From the IMG/VR virus record IMGVR_UViG_3300037781_000042, positions 32,001 to 96,000 of that record: a stretch of 64,000 bases of DNA; one strand, 5' to 3'. The first letter of the stretch is position 1. The number at the start of each line of letters is the position of its first letter. The DNA comes from a virus (Duplodnaviria > Caudoviricetes). The notes under the pieces were generated by a model. That model did no database searches and was not told where the DNA came from. It saw only the letters and a list, made by a program, of their open reading frames with translations. Shown here in pieces: positions 10,501-19,607 of the stretch. The translations under genes were made by a program, and so were the position numbers.

Positions 10501-11419
10501 TAACCAAGGATGGCAAGGTTTAAAAGGAGATACTGGTGATCAAGGGTTCCAGGGTAACCAAGGATGGCAAGGTTTAAAAGGAGATACTGGAGATCAAGGT
10601 GTACAAGGTAATGTAGGTTCAAATGGTGCTGACGGTAATCAGGGTAACCAAGGATGGCAAGGTAATGTAGGTTCAAATGGTGCTGACGGTAATCAGGGTA
10701 ATCAGGGTAATCAGGGTTTAAAAGGAGATACTGGAGATCAAGGGTTCCAAGGAAATACTGGTGATCAGGGCGATCAGGGACCACAAGGTAACCAGGGTAA
10801 CCAGGGTAACCAAGGATACCAGGGAAATCAAGGTATAAGAGGTTTCCAAGGGTTTCAAGGAAACGTAGGCTCAAATGGTGCTAATGGTAATCAGGGTAAC
10901 CAAGGGTTCCAGGGTAACCAAGGATGGCAAGGTTTAAAAGGAGATACTGGAGATCAAGGGTTCCAAGGTAATGTAGGTTCAAATGGTGCTGACGGTAATC
11001 AGGGTAACCAAGGAAACCAGGGTAATGCTGGTACTATAGGGGTTGATGGCAATCAAGGTAATCAGGGTAACCAAGGAAACCAGGGTAATGCTGGTACTAT
11101 AGGGGTTGATGGTAACCAGGGTAACCAAGGATGGCAAGGAAATGAAGGTACATTTGGAGGAACATTAACATCTGATATAACTCCTAATTTAGATAATACT
11201 CATGATTTAGGGTCTGCTAGTTTTAGAATGGCATCTGTCTATACAAACGATTTGTTTACTGGTGATATTCATTTCTTAAATAAATGGAGAGCAATTGAGT
11301 ATGTAAATAATGATCCTGAACAATTAATAGATGGTTTAATATTCGTAGATGCTAATAATATAGAAATATTTAGAATAGGTCAAGATGGAATATATTTTAA
11401 AGGAAATAAAATAAATTAA
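7589..11419 (+). CDS. collagen-like virion fibre protein 1
   Basis: About 190 uninterrupted-looking Gly-X-Y triplets (GNQ/GWQ/GFQ, ~9443-11160); N-terminal KIINVAEP..PNDVVT stalk-like motif; C-terminal P..DNTHDLGS..R...VY fibre motif. Confidence 0.85.
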   Translation: MSNQKKYYSDINLLKNYLRNVKIDSKDNPQTSDVEVNEVFFKDGDASNLWTYNGSEIVKIGSQATVNSFTIDEDLDLNDFKIINVAEPEDPNDVVTLQYFQDYINSTDAFDLANSTITYTDSIALDSDINHLDNMMLIDAAIVASIEAPTKLENSTFSVSAETFEAKLPSGLNASWYTEDSAGDTIENYVTVPNISLDVSFLSGVYSDSNTYGNVSVVLDGSLNATILDVATLEDNNYSSGRLDANVQLLSNDEYSEYWNELSTKSNLTIKDEGVIKFQLISSKTGDGPIQKLYYDDETSIPSFSAALTATPDTEVYKYLSNVSYYKVGTTIDYGYTAASGIYNKSYHPTEVSKVYINSKSFDDIIHNPVGTPAYNDTLVVSDTATIDVVDTTTGLLKGTVYAKLQKPDGQEAVDFVELSKGINTYGDEATNLEEYFLDESYRLELGGEVAWDSETSFDDADGGPDAQVKNGYLLYPIAADYGNSPTGNKEYNRRFYPGVPVNSAYLKFEGINITDISPYGTGSLNVLIELTDQSVFYDLGKSTGGGDGSSRADSIPGQEQILKDNIVNFTLLTNSTGLESTESYKLIVIFRDNSHTLTSIIHYDTFFDVSSDEDNEFGIRGPQGNQGAAGADGSSGPQGNDANLTGATGAQGVQGNQGWQGEIGFQGNQGNQGNQGFQGNQGFQGNQGWQGEIGPTGVQGTQGNQGWQGNQGLKGNQGDFGPTGIQGNQGNQGWQGSIGFQGNQGWQGEIGPTGVQGNQGNQGWQGSIGFQGNQGWQGEIGPTGVQGNQGNQGNQGWQGNQGNQGLKGDTGDQGVQGNQGNQGWQGLRGFQGNQGWQGEIGPTGDQGNQGNQGWQGLKGDTGDQGNQGNQGWQGNQGLRGFQGLKGDTGDTGNQGFQGNQGWQGLKGDTGDQGFQGNTGDQGDQGPQGNQGNQGNQGWQGLKGDTGDQGVQGNQGNQGLKGDTGDQGFQGNQGWQGLKGDTGDQGFQGNQGWQGLKGDTGDQGVQGNVGSNGADGNQGNQGWQGNVGSNGADGNQGNQGNQGLKGDTGDQGFQGNTGDQGDQGPQGNQGNQGNQGYQGNQGIRGFQGFQGNVGSNGANGNQGNQGFQGNQGWQGLKGDTGDQGFQGNVGSNGADGNQGNQGNQGNAGTIGVDGNQGNQGNQGNQGNAGTIGVDGNQGNQGWQGNEGTFGGTLTSDITPNLDNTHDLGSASFRMASVYTNDLFTGDIHFLNKWRAIEYVNNDPEQLIDGLIFVDANNIEIFRIGQDGIYFKGNKIN

Positions 11420-11420
11420 A

Positions 11421-12938
11421 ATGGGAATTTATTTACCAGAAGAATCTAAACCTTCTAATCCTAGTGCAGGAAATGTAAGGTTGTATAATAAAAACAATGA
11501 ACTCTATTTGGTAGAATCGGATGGAAGTGAAAGTGCTGTATCTTTATCAACAAGTTCTGATGTTGTTTATACGATAAGTGATAAAACTGCTAATTATACA
11601 GTATTAGATGCAGAAGCAGACGGAGAAACAATTTTTACTAATAGAGGAACTTCTTCTGATTTAACTTTTACTTTACCTACAGCAACTATTAATAAAAAAG
11701 TATTAATAATAAACATTACTTCTGATTATTTAGTAACAGTAGAAGCAGCAGTAGGAGATCAGATAGGTAGTCGTTCTGAACCTTTTAGTAAAGTTTTTTT
11801 AAAGAATGGAAATTATAATGTAGCTTCTTTTCTTGCTATTAATTCTACTACATGGTTAGTAGAATTTTATACTAGTATATTAAATGTTAAAGTAAACGAA
11901 GTAGCAGCGCCTTGGGATGCTAGTTATTCTTTACTTAGTTCTGGTGAAGCATGGTCATGGGGGCAAGGACAATATGGAACGTTGGGTAATGATACAACAA
12001 CTTCAGAATCTACTCCAACTCAAGTCTGTGGTGGTCATACGTTTTGTAAAATATCAGGTGGACAATATCATGCTGTAGCCTTAAAATCCAATGGTGAAGC
12101 ATGGTCATGGGGGTATGGAAACTGGGGTATTTTAGGTGATGATAGTACTACGAGTGTAAGAGTTCCAGCTCAAGTTTGTGGTGGTCATACGTTCTGTCAT
12201 ATTTCTTTAGGTGCTTATTCATCTAGTGCTATTGATAATAATGGACAGGCTTGGTGTTGGGGTAGAAATGATTATGGTAAAATAGGAGATAATAGCGTTT
12301 CTAGTAGACGTACTCCAGTCCAAGTCTGTGGTGGTCACACTTTCTGCCACATAAACGTTTCTAGTTATCATACGGCAGCAATAGATCATTTAGGACAGGC
12401 TTGGTGCTGGGGATATAACAATGACGGACAGTTAGGAAATAATTCAACTACAAGCACTAGGACACCCGTTCAAGTTTGTGGAGGTCATACTTTCTGTAAG
12501 ATAATTACAGGTTGGTTTCATACAATAGCAATAGATAATTTAGGACAGGCTTGGTCATGGGGAGACGGTGGCTTTGGTGTATTGGGAGATAACACTGCTA
12601 CAAACAAATCAACTCCAATACAAGTATGTGGAGGTCATACTTTCTGTGAAATTTCAGGAGGTGTATACCACGCTATTGCAATAGACAATAATGGAGATAC
12701 TTGGACATGGGGGAGAAATAATCAAGGACAAATAGGAGATAATTCAACTACAGATAGAAGTACTCCTGTGCAAGTCTGTGGTGGTCATACGTTCTGTAAG
12801 ATAACTGGGGGTTTTTATCATTCTTTAGCAATAGATAATAATAGTATGGTATGGTCATGGGGAAGAAATAACTATGGACAATTAGGAACAGGTACTTCAA
12901 TAGACAGTAGATCTACTCCTGTTCAAGTTGTATATTAA
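11421..12938 (+). CDS. RCC1/BLIP-II beta-propeller protein 1 with fibre-like N-terminal domain
   Basis: Repeats of G.AW.WG....G.LG......TP.QVCGGHTFC.I (6 full copies); N-terminal TFTLP motif. Confidence 0.9.
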   Translation: MGIYLPEESKPSNPSAGNVRLYNKNNELYLVESDGSESAVSLSTSSDVVYTISDKTANYTVLDAEADGETIFTNRGTSSDLTFTLPTATINKKVLIINITSDYLVTVEAAVGDQIGSRSEPFSKVFLKNGNYNVASFLAINSTTWLVEFYTSILNVKVNEVAAPWDASYSLLSSGEAWSWGQGQYGTLGNDTTTSESTPTQVCGGHTFCKISGGQYHAVALKSNGEAWSWGYGNWGILGDDSTTSVRVPAQVCGGHTFCHISLGAYSSSAIDNNGQAWCWGRNDYGKIGDNSVSSRRTPVQVCGGHTFCHINVSSYHTAAIDHLGQAWCWGYNNDGQLGNNSTTSTRTPVQVCGGHTFCKIITGWFHTIAIDNLGQAWSWGDGGFGVLGDNTATNKSTPIQVCGGHTFCEISGGVYHAIAIDNNGDTWTWGRNNQGQIGDNSTTDRSTPVQVCGGHTFCKITGGFYHSLAIDNNSMVWSWGRNNYGQLGTGTSIDSRSTPVQVVY

Positions 12939-12946
12939 AAAATATT

Positions 12947-14443
12947 ATGATACGTTTAAAAAAAGATGAAGCAGATAATACACAAGTAGCCAATAATTTA
13001 ATTATTAATAATTCTAAAATAATTGATGAAAATGGTGCTACTTCTAACTTCGTAGGTTTTCGTGAAACTGTTGAATTTTCAACTGATTTAGTGTTGACTA
13101 CATCTCAATGTAAATCTAAATTATACAATTACACAGGTTCTACAGCTATAAATATTACTTTGCCAAAGATATCAGAAACTGGATTAAATTTAGAAATATT
13201 CACGGGAGATTCACAGTTATTTGTAGAAACTAATATAGCAGATAATATTTCAAATGGTTCTTCTACTGGTCAATTAATTTTATTAGAATCTAATTCTCTT
13301 TATAGTTTAGTTAGTTTAACTACACTTCAATGGTTTATGGATAAAAAAACTTCTGAGTTTGCTTTGGTGTTTGATGAAGATATTAGTTTCGATGATGTTA
13401 TTGTTTCTAATAGATCAGATGATTTTCATGTTATTTTAGACACCAACGGTCAAGCATGGGCTTGGGGCAATAATAGTTTCGGTAAACTCGGGAATAACGA
13501 TACGAATAGGATGGAAAAACCCGTTCAAGTCTGTGGTGGTCATACGTTCTGTAAGGTAGTGGTTGGAGATGATCATGTTTTAGCATTAGATCATTTAGGT
13601 GCAATGTGGGCTTGGGGGAGAGGAAATTATGGAAGTTTGGGAAATAATTCAACTGCAAGTTCTAGGACTCCCATTCAAGTCTGTGGTGGTCACACTTTCT
13701 GCGAAATTTCAGCTGGACAATATCATTCTCTCGCTATTGATAATAATGGACAGGCTTGGTGTTGGGGTTTTGCTCAATATGGTAGATTAGGAGACAATAC
13801 TACAACAAATAAATCTACTCCCGTCCAAGTCTGTGGTGGTCACACGTTCTGTAAAATATCAGGAGGGGAGTGGCATTCTGCCGCTATTGATAATAACGGA
13901 CAGGCATGGGGATGGGGATATAACGCTTTTGGTAATTTAGGAGATAATACAAATGTTAGTAAACTTACTCCCGTTCAAGTCTGCGGAGGCCACACGTTCT
14001 GTAAATTAACAACAGGTTTTGATTTTACTATGGCGTTAAAATCAAATGGTGAAGCCTGGGGATGGGGTGATGCGGGATATGGTGTTTTAGGAATACAATC
14101 TTATTTGGATAGATCGACCCCTGTCCAAGTCTGCGGAGGCCACACGTTCTGTGAAATATTTTCTGGGCAGTATCATAACTTTGCAAAAGATGCAGATGGA
14201 ACGACATGGGCTTGGGGAGAAGGAAATGGATTTAAATTAGGTACTAATTATGATAGTAATATACTTACTCCTGTAGAAGTTTGTTATTCTTATTCACGAT
14301 ATATATCGAACAGATATGCAACTCTAGGAATTGATGATAATAATAAAATATGGTCATGGGGACAAAATCATAATGGAGTATTAGGTATTAATAGTGATGA
14401 TGTTTCATTTGAAAGAAGTTCTCCAGGAAGATTACAGTTATAA
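12947..14443 (+). CDS. RCC1/BLIP-II beta-propeller protein 2
   Basis: Same repeat, 5 QVCGGHTFC copies. Confidence 0.9.
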   Translation: MIRLKKDEADNTQVANNLIINNSKIIDENGATSNFVGFRETVEFSTDLVLTTSQCKSKLYNYTGSTAINITLPKISETGLNLEIFTGDSQLFVETNIADNISNGSSTGQLILLESNSLYSLVSLTTLQWFMDKKTSEFALVFDEDISFDDVIVSNRSDDFHVILDTNGQAWAWGNNSFGKLGNNDTNRMEKPVQVCGGHTFCKVVVGDDHVLALDHLGAMWAWGRGNYGSLGNNSTASSRTPIQVCGGHTFCEISAGQYHSLAIDNNGQAWCWGFAQYGRLGDNTTTNKSTPVQVCGGHTFCKISGGEWHSAAIDNNGQAWGWGYNAFGNLGDNTNVSKLTPVQVCGGHTFCKLTTGFDFTMALKSNGEAWGWGDAGYGVLGIQSYLDRSTPVQVCGGHTFCEIFSGQYHNFAKDADGTTWAWGEGNGFKLGTNYDSNILTPVEVCYSYSRYISNRYATLGIDDNNKIWSWGQNHNGVLGINSDDVSFERSSPGRLQL

Positions 14444-14445
14444 TT

Positions 14446-15912
14446 ATGATAGATTTAAAAACAAAAACATATTCGGCAGAAGCAAATTACAATACAATAA
14501 ATTGGGATGGTAGTGATTTATTGTTTAATGGCGTAGTAGTTGGAAACGGAGATGAAATAAATGTAACTTTAGAATCTACCGATCAAGTAATGTCTTCGGT
14601 ATCTGGTTATTTGGAGTATAAAGGACAATCTTCTACTGACTCAATTAAAATAACTTTAAATTTAAGCAACGGAGAAATTATTAATTTATTTAATGATTCT
14701 ACAAATACTCTTACTGTTGTTATCGATTCTGATTCTACACCACCTTATAAAATACTGCTTGGTAGCTATGATCTTGTTAGAGTTATATTCATAAATGATA
14801 TTTTTTTATTAATATCTAATACAGATGCTTTAGAAAGTTTATGGGAATTTAATGAAGTTACTTGTACAATAACAAATACTGCGGCTCTTGATAGTAACGG
14901 ACAAGCATGGGCATGGGGTCAAGCAAGTTTTGGTCAATTAGGAAATGATAATTCAGTAGGAGAAACTTTTACTCCTGTACAAGTCTGTGGTGGTCATACG
15001 TTCTGTAAGATAACTAGTTCTCAGTATACTATTTATGCTTTAAAATCAAATGGTGAGGTATGGTCATGGGGAAGATCTACTAATGGTGTTCTTGGTAATA
15101 ATACTTCATTTCCTGATGTATCTACTCCTGTGCAAGTCTGTGGTGGTCATACGTTCTGTAAGATAAATTCAACGGATAGTCATGTTTTAGCAATAGATCA
15201 TTTAGGTGCAATGTGGGCTTGGGGAAGAAATATTTATGGAGAATTTGGTGATAACACAACTTCAAATAAATCTACACCAGTCCAAGTCTGTGGTAGTCAT
15301 ACGTTCTGTCATGTTGCAGCAGGGCAATATTTTTCAGTTGCTATAGATCATTTAGGTGCAATGTGGGCTTGGGGGAATAATTCTTATGGTCAATTGGGAG
15401 ATAATACAACAACTAGTAAACGTACACCAGTTCAAGTCTGCGGAGGCCACACGTTCTGTCATGTTGCAGCTGGTGATGAACATACAGTAGCAATAGATCA
15501 TTTAGGACAGGCTTGGTGTTGGGGTAGAGGATCTGTTGGTCGCTTAGGAGACAACACAACTTCAAATAAATCTACACCAGTCCAAGTCTGTGGTGGTCAC
15601 ACGTTCTGTCATGTTGCAGTAGGAAATGATCACTCTTTAGCAATAGATAATAATGGACAGGCATGGTCATGGGGTGAATCTGGAAATCATCAACTTGGAT
15701 ATGGATCTAATACTGATAAATGTACCCCTATGCAAGTTTGTGGAGGCCACACGTTTTGTAAAATAGAAGGAGGTTCTTCTCATTCTGTTGGTATTGATGA
15801 AAAGAATAAAATTTGGGCATGGGGTAGAAATTTTGATAGTCAGATAGGAAATAATGAAACTGATAATTTTGTATGTTTTCCTGAAAGTGTTGTAATAAAT
15901 AATCTTTCTTAA
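14446..15912 (+). CDS. RCC1/BLIP-II beta-propeller protein 3
   Basis: Same repeat, 6 QVCG(G/S)HTFC copies. Confidence 0.9.
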   Translation: MIDLKTKTYSAEANYNTINWDGSDLLFNGVVVGNGDEINVTLESTDQVMSSVSGYLEYKGQSSTDSIKITLNLSNGEIINLFNDSTNTLTVVIDSDSTPPYKILLGSYDLVRVIFINDIFLLISNTDALESLWEFNEVTCTITNTAALDSNGQAWAWGQASFGQLGNDNSVGETFTPVQVCGGHTFCKITSSQYTIYALKSNGEVWSWGRSTNGVLGNNTSFPDVSTPVQVCGGHTFCKINSTDSHVLAIDHLGAMWAWGRNIYGEFGDNTTSNKSTPVQVCGSHTFCHVAAGQYFSVAIDHLGAMWAWGNNSYGQLGDNTTTSKRTPVQVCGGHTFCHVAAGDEHTVAIDHLGQAWCWGRGSVGRLGDNTTSNKSTPVQVCGGHTFCHVAVGNDHSLAIDNNGQAWSWGESGNHQLGYGSNTDKCTPMQVCGGHTFCKIEGGSSHSVGIDEKNKIWAWGRNFDSQIGNNETDNFVCFPESVVINNLS

Positions 15913-15930
15913 CAATATTGGAATTTCAAA

Positions 15931-16578
15931 TTGGAAATTAAAAATACTACTTTAATATTAATAGATTGTGTAGATATAGATAGAGCAATAGATTCTATGA
16001 ATATCACTAAAAATTATTGTGATTTTGATGATGTTAAACTATTATCCTCAATAGACACAAATCATCCTGATTTTATAGAAATACCTCATATAGATTCTAT
16101 ACCTGAATATAGTAAGTTTGTTCTTAGAGATTTAACTAATTATGTAGATACAGACTATGTTTTAATTACTCAGTGGGATGGATTTATCTTAAATCCAGAA
16201 GCTTGGAATGATGAATTTTTTAAATATGACTATATTGGAGCTCCTTGGAATTTAAGAAATTGGGTAGTCGGAAACGGTGGTTTTTCTTTAAGATCTAAAA
16301 AATTGATTGATTTAACATCAGATATATACAATAAGTTCAATGTTCACGCAGTGAAGCATCCAGAAGATTTTATAATCTGTGGATATTTTAGAGATTTTTT
16401 AGAACGTTTTTATGATATAAAATTTCCTACTGTAGAGTTTGCTGATACTTTTTCAGTTGAAGATAGAGGTAAATGGACAGGACAATTTGGATTTCATAGT
16501 TTTGAAAAGTTAGACATTTTTAAAGATGGGTGGATTCCTCCTGATATTGAATATAAAACAGAATTATTTGTCAAATAA
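15931..16578 (+). CDS. DUF5672-family putative glycosyltransferase
   Basis: QWDGFILNP..W..EF..YDYIGAPW and VGNGGFSLRS motifs; TTG start. Confidence 0.8.
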   Translation: MEIKNTTLILIDCVDIDRAIDSMNITKNYCDFDDVKLLSSIDTNHPDFIEIPHIDSIPEYSKFVLRDLTNYVDTDYVLITQWDGFILNPEAWNDEFFKYDYIGAPWNLRNWVVGNGGFSLRSKKLIDLTSDIYNKFNVHAVKHPEDFIICGYFRDFLERFYDIKFPTVEFADTFSVEDRGKWTGQFGFHSFEKLDIFKDGWIPPDIEYKTELFVK

Positions 16579-16592
16579 AGAGAGAATTATCA

Positions 16593-18242
16593 ATGAAAGA
16601 TAATTGCGTATTATTGGTCAACCGACCAGAAAATCCTGTAATAAATCCTATAGTAAGTGAAAATATAAAAAAATATGCAGATAAGATAAACGCAGATTTT
16701 GTTTATAGTCAATCTCCATTAGGATCATCTCAGCTTTATCATTATTTAAAAGATTATAAAAGAGTAATTTGTTTAAATGGAAATATTATAATTAGAGATG
16801 ATTGTCCTAATTTATTTGATATAGTACCTAAAAAGAAAATAGGTTTATTAAATGATAGTTTTTTTAGAAATGTAGCTTTGGATTTTTCAGAAGCTAAAAG
16901 AAATTATCCTGATATGGCTAAGAGTGTTCGTAAATGGGAAGGAAAATATTATAATACAAATGTAATTGTAGCTTCAAGAAAAGATAGAAATTTATTCAAG
17001 AGTCCACATTTTGTAGCAGAAACAGGATTACCCCCAGAACACCAACTTTTAAATCTACGTATAATTTTAGAAAAGAAAAAAGTATTTGAATTAGAATCTA
17101 AATTTAATAGAGCACACTACATGGATAAGACTAAAGGTAACGATAGATTATCTGCTTATATTATAAATTATGAAGGCGCTCCTATAAATCAATTATATCC
17201 TATTTTAGTCGGTGATTTACGTAAATGGGATAATGAAACAGATTATTCTAAATTTGATAAAAGAGAAGTGATAATTGAAGTGTCTGCTGGAATGGGCGAC
17301 CAAATATGTACTGAACCTGTAATTCGTTATATTAAAGATACTGAATTTAAAAATGATAATATTACGGTATTGACACATCATCCAAGATTGTTTAGACATA
17401 TAGAAGGTGTTAAAGTTTTAGATTATAACGAATTTAATGGAGTAGACACAAATCCTTTACAGTTAAAATCTTGTCCTAGTGATCAAGACAGTCCCCATAA
17501 GCTAAGTCATATTTATTTTCATCCTACTGATTTTTCTTCAATGTCTATTATCAAAAAGACAATTCCAAATATTCATAAAACTATTAAATTAGAAGCTACT
17601 TTAGAGGGAGTGTCTGAAATTATGGATATTGTAGGAGATCCAGAAATATTAGAAAATATGATATTAATTCACCCTGGTAAGTGGTGGGAATCTAAAACTT
17701 TTCCAGAAGAATGGTGGCAGGAAATAATAGACGGTTTAGATAAAGAAGGATTTACTGTAGGGTTAATAGGAAAAACACTTTCAGGTAAACAAGGTTTTGT
17801 TGATGTTGAATGTCCTGAGAATGGTATTGATTTTAGAGATTTGACTACTTTAGATGGAATGTTAACTCTTATAGAAAAATGTCCTGTTCTATTGACTAAT
17901 GATTCTTCCCCTATTCATATTGGCGGAGCATTTGATAATTGGATAGTAACCTTAGCTACAGCAAAATTAGATGACCATATACTTCCATACAGAAAAGGAA
18001 CTCAATATTATAAAACAGTTAATCTTTGTAAAGGATTATTAATAGATGAACTTAATTTATCTTGGTTAGATGAAAAACCTGATACGATTGCAGATATTCC
18101 AAAGGGTAAGAAAATTGAAGATTATTTACCAGAACCTTCTGATGTCATTAAAGTACTTAAAGCTATAAATGATAAAAAAGTAGATGATTATTGGAGACTA
18201 ACACAAGATACGTTTGATATATACAGTATAATAGAAGAGTAA
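16593..18242 (+). CDS. two-domain glycosyltransferase: degenerate GT8-like N-domain plus GT9 (heptosyltransferase-like) C-domain
   Basis: C-half has GMGDQICTEP..R, K.FP..WW..II and LLTNDSSPIHIG (GT9). N-half follows a GT-A pattern with altered catalytic motifs. Confidence 0.75.
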   Translation: MKDNCVLLVNRPENPVINPIVSENIKKYADKINADFVYSQSPLGSSQLYHYLKDYKRVICLNGNIIIRDDCPNLFDIVPKKKIGLLNDSFFRNVALDFSEAKRNYPDMAKSVRKWEGKYYNTNVIVASRKDRNLFKSPHFVAETGLPPEHQLLNLRIILEKKKVFELESKFNRAHYMDKTKGNDRLSAYIINYEGAPINQLYPILVGDLRKWDNETDYSKFDKREVIIEVSAGMGDQICTEPVIRYIKDTEFKNDNITVLTHHPRLFRHIEGVKVLDYNEFNGVDTNPLQLKSCPSDQDSPHKLSHIYFHPTDFSSMSIIKKTIPNIHKTIKLEATLEGVSEIMDIVGDPEILENMILIHPGKWWESKTFPEEWWQEIIDGLDKEGFTVGLIGKTLSGKQGFVDVECPENGIDFRDLTTLDGMLTLIEKCPVLLTNDSSPIHIGGAFDNWIVTLATAKLDDHILPYRKGTQYYKTVNLCKGLLIDELNLSWLDEKPDTIADIPKGKKIEDYLPEPSDVIKVLKAINDKKVDDYWRLTQDTFDIYSIIEE

Positions 18243-18244
18243 AT

Positions 18245-19075
18245 ATGTCAGAAGCAGCTTTAAATACATATATTAGTGATTTAATCACAGCAGGAACCAT
18301 TGAAGATGGTTACTTAACAGGACTATTGTCTAATGGAAATGGGAGAGCTACGTTTTCTTTTTTAAGATTTAATACAATTTACGAAGAAAATGTACTTATA
18401 AAATCTACAGTAGATGGTTATAAGTATTATAAAATAGCCAAAGAACCTGTTCTTCCTGGAGTAGAATCAGTTGAATTAGGAGATCTTTATCAAAAAATAG
18501 AAGCTTTAGAAGAGAAGTTAAATAATGTAAATTTAATACTTTCAGAAGGTTTACCTAAAGATGAAACATATAAAGATTCTTATAAAGTAGATAAAACTGA
18601 TGTAATAATAGATGCTTGGAAAGATTATATTAGATTAAATCCTGACATTGTTCATCCTGACATTGTAGATGGCTTAGAAAATTACAATACACCAGATGGT
18701 GATTTAAATCAAACTCAGATTGATAATAAGGATAAAGTTAAAAAATGGGTTAAAAAATTAAAAGCACGTAATAGGATAGAAGTTGAAGTTGGAGATATTT
18801 ATGATCTTCATGCAGATTTATCTAAACGTGTTGCTATTATCGAAAGATTAGCAATGAGACATTTCTTAGATTATATTAGTGAATATACAATGATTCAAGC
18901 ATATAAAGATGCTTATAGTGCAATTACAAAACCTCAAATACAAGCAGTAGATGCGGGAACTATTTTAGATAGATCTGATCTATTAGATACATCAGAAATG
19001 ATAACTGAATTAAGTACACGTAGAGGAAAAATAAAAGATATAATTAAGGAGGAGATGATCGATCCTGAAGATTAA
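18245..19075 (+). CDS. hypothetical protein
   Basis: ORF track, tightly coupled in operon; no motif recognised. Confidence 0.7.
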   Translation: MSEAALNTYISDLITAGTIEDGYLTGLLSNGNGRATFSFLRFNTIYEENVLIKSTVDGYKYYKIAKEPVLPGVESVELGDLYQKIEALEEKLNNVNLILSEGLPKDETYKDSYKVDKTDVIIDAWKDYIRLNPDIVHPDIVDGLENYNTPDGDLNQTQIDNKDKVKKWVKKLKARNRIEVEVGDIYDLHADLSKRVAIIERLAMRHFLDYISEYTMIQAYKDAYSAITKPQIQAVDAGTILDRSDLLDTSEMITELSTRRGKIKDIIKEEMIDPED

Positions 19076-19080
19076 GTAAA

Positions 19081-19545
19081 ATGAATTATTCAGAAAAAAT
19101 AAAAATTGCTTTTTACAGAGGTCGATATTCAAAAAACATTGTAAGTAAACTAATTGCGTGGTTTACTTTTTCTATGTACAGTCATGTAGAAATTATTATA
19201 GATGAATTTTCATATAGTTCTAGAACAAGCACAAAAGGAGTTTCTAAGCAAATAGTAGATTATGCAGTAGAACCCGAACTTTGGGATATATTTACTGTTG
19301 AAGTTTCTGAAGAAACAGTAAGAGAGATAATTCAATTTTTTAATTCTACGGATAGATCTAAATATGACTGGATCGGAATATTTTTCTATCATTTACTTCC
19401 TATAGAAATAGAAGATCCTAAAAAATGGTATTGTAGTGAATGGGTTGCACGAGCTCTTAAATTTCAATACCCTACATTATTTAAAAAAATACAATGTACT
19501 CCTGGTAAATTATTTCAAAAGGTTCAAAAAATACAACATAATTAA
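19081..19545 (+). CDS. permuted papain-like (NlpC/P60, YiiX-type) amidase/peptidase
   Basis: His-before-Cys order: YSHVE, then KYDW.GI and KWYCSEWV. Confidence 0.75.
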   Translation: MNYSEKIKIAFYRGRYSKNIVSKLIAWFTFSMYSHVEIIIDEFSYSSRTSTKGVSKQIVDYAVEPELWDIFTVEVSEETVREIIQFFNSTDRSKYDWIGIFFYHLLPIEIEDPKKWYCSEWVARALKFQYPTLFKKIQCTPGKLFQKVQKIQHN

Positions 19546-19577
19546 AACTATTTAAAATTTTCTAAGTATAATTAATA
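19544..19577 (+). promoter_or_regulatory. putative middle promoter (AAAACT-N17-TATAATTAATA)
   Basis: Exact match to motif class; upstream of SPFH gene. Confidence 0.65.
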
Positions 19578-19607
19578 TTAGTAATTTTTTATATTAAGGA
19601 GTTTTAT

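Noticed and set aside
9521-10874. Long antisense and alternate-frame ORFs over collagen genes (9521-9724, 9936-10874, 21777-22712, 21817-22728, 23320-23592)
   Set aside because: Shadow ORFs produced by repetitive codons lacking stops; low-complexity translations with no start signals.
9443-11160. Dense short direct repeats resembling a CRISPR array or satellite (also 21800-23565)
   Set aside because: They are in-frame Gly-X-Y codon repeats with no constant repeat/unique spacer period and no cas genes.
11940-15840. RCC1 repeats as a diversity-generating retroelement template/variable pair
   Set aside because: No reverse transcriptase in the window, no non-coding template copy, and differences are not confined to adenines.
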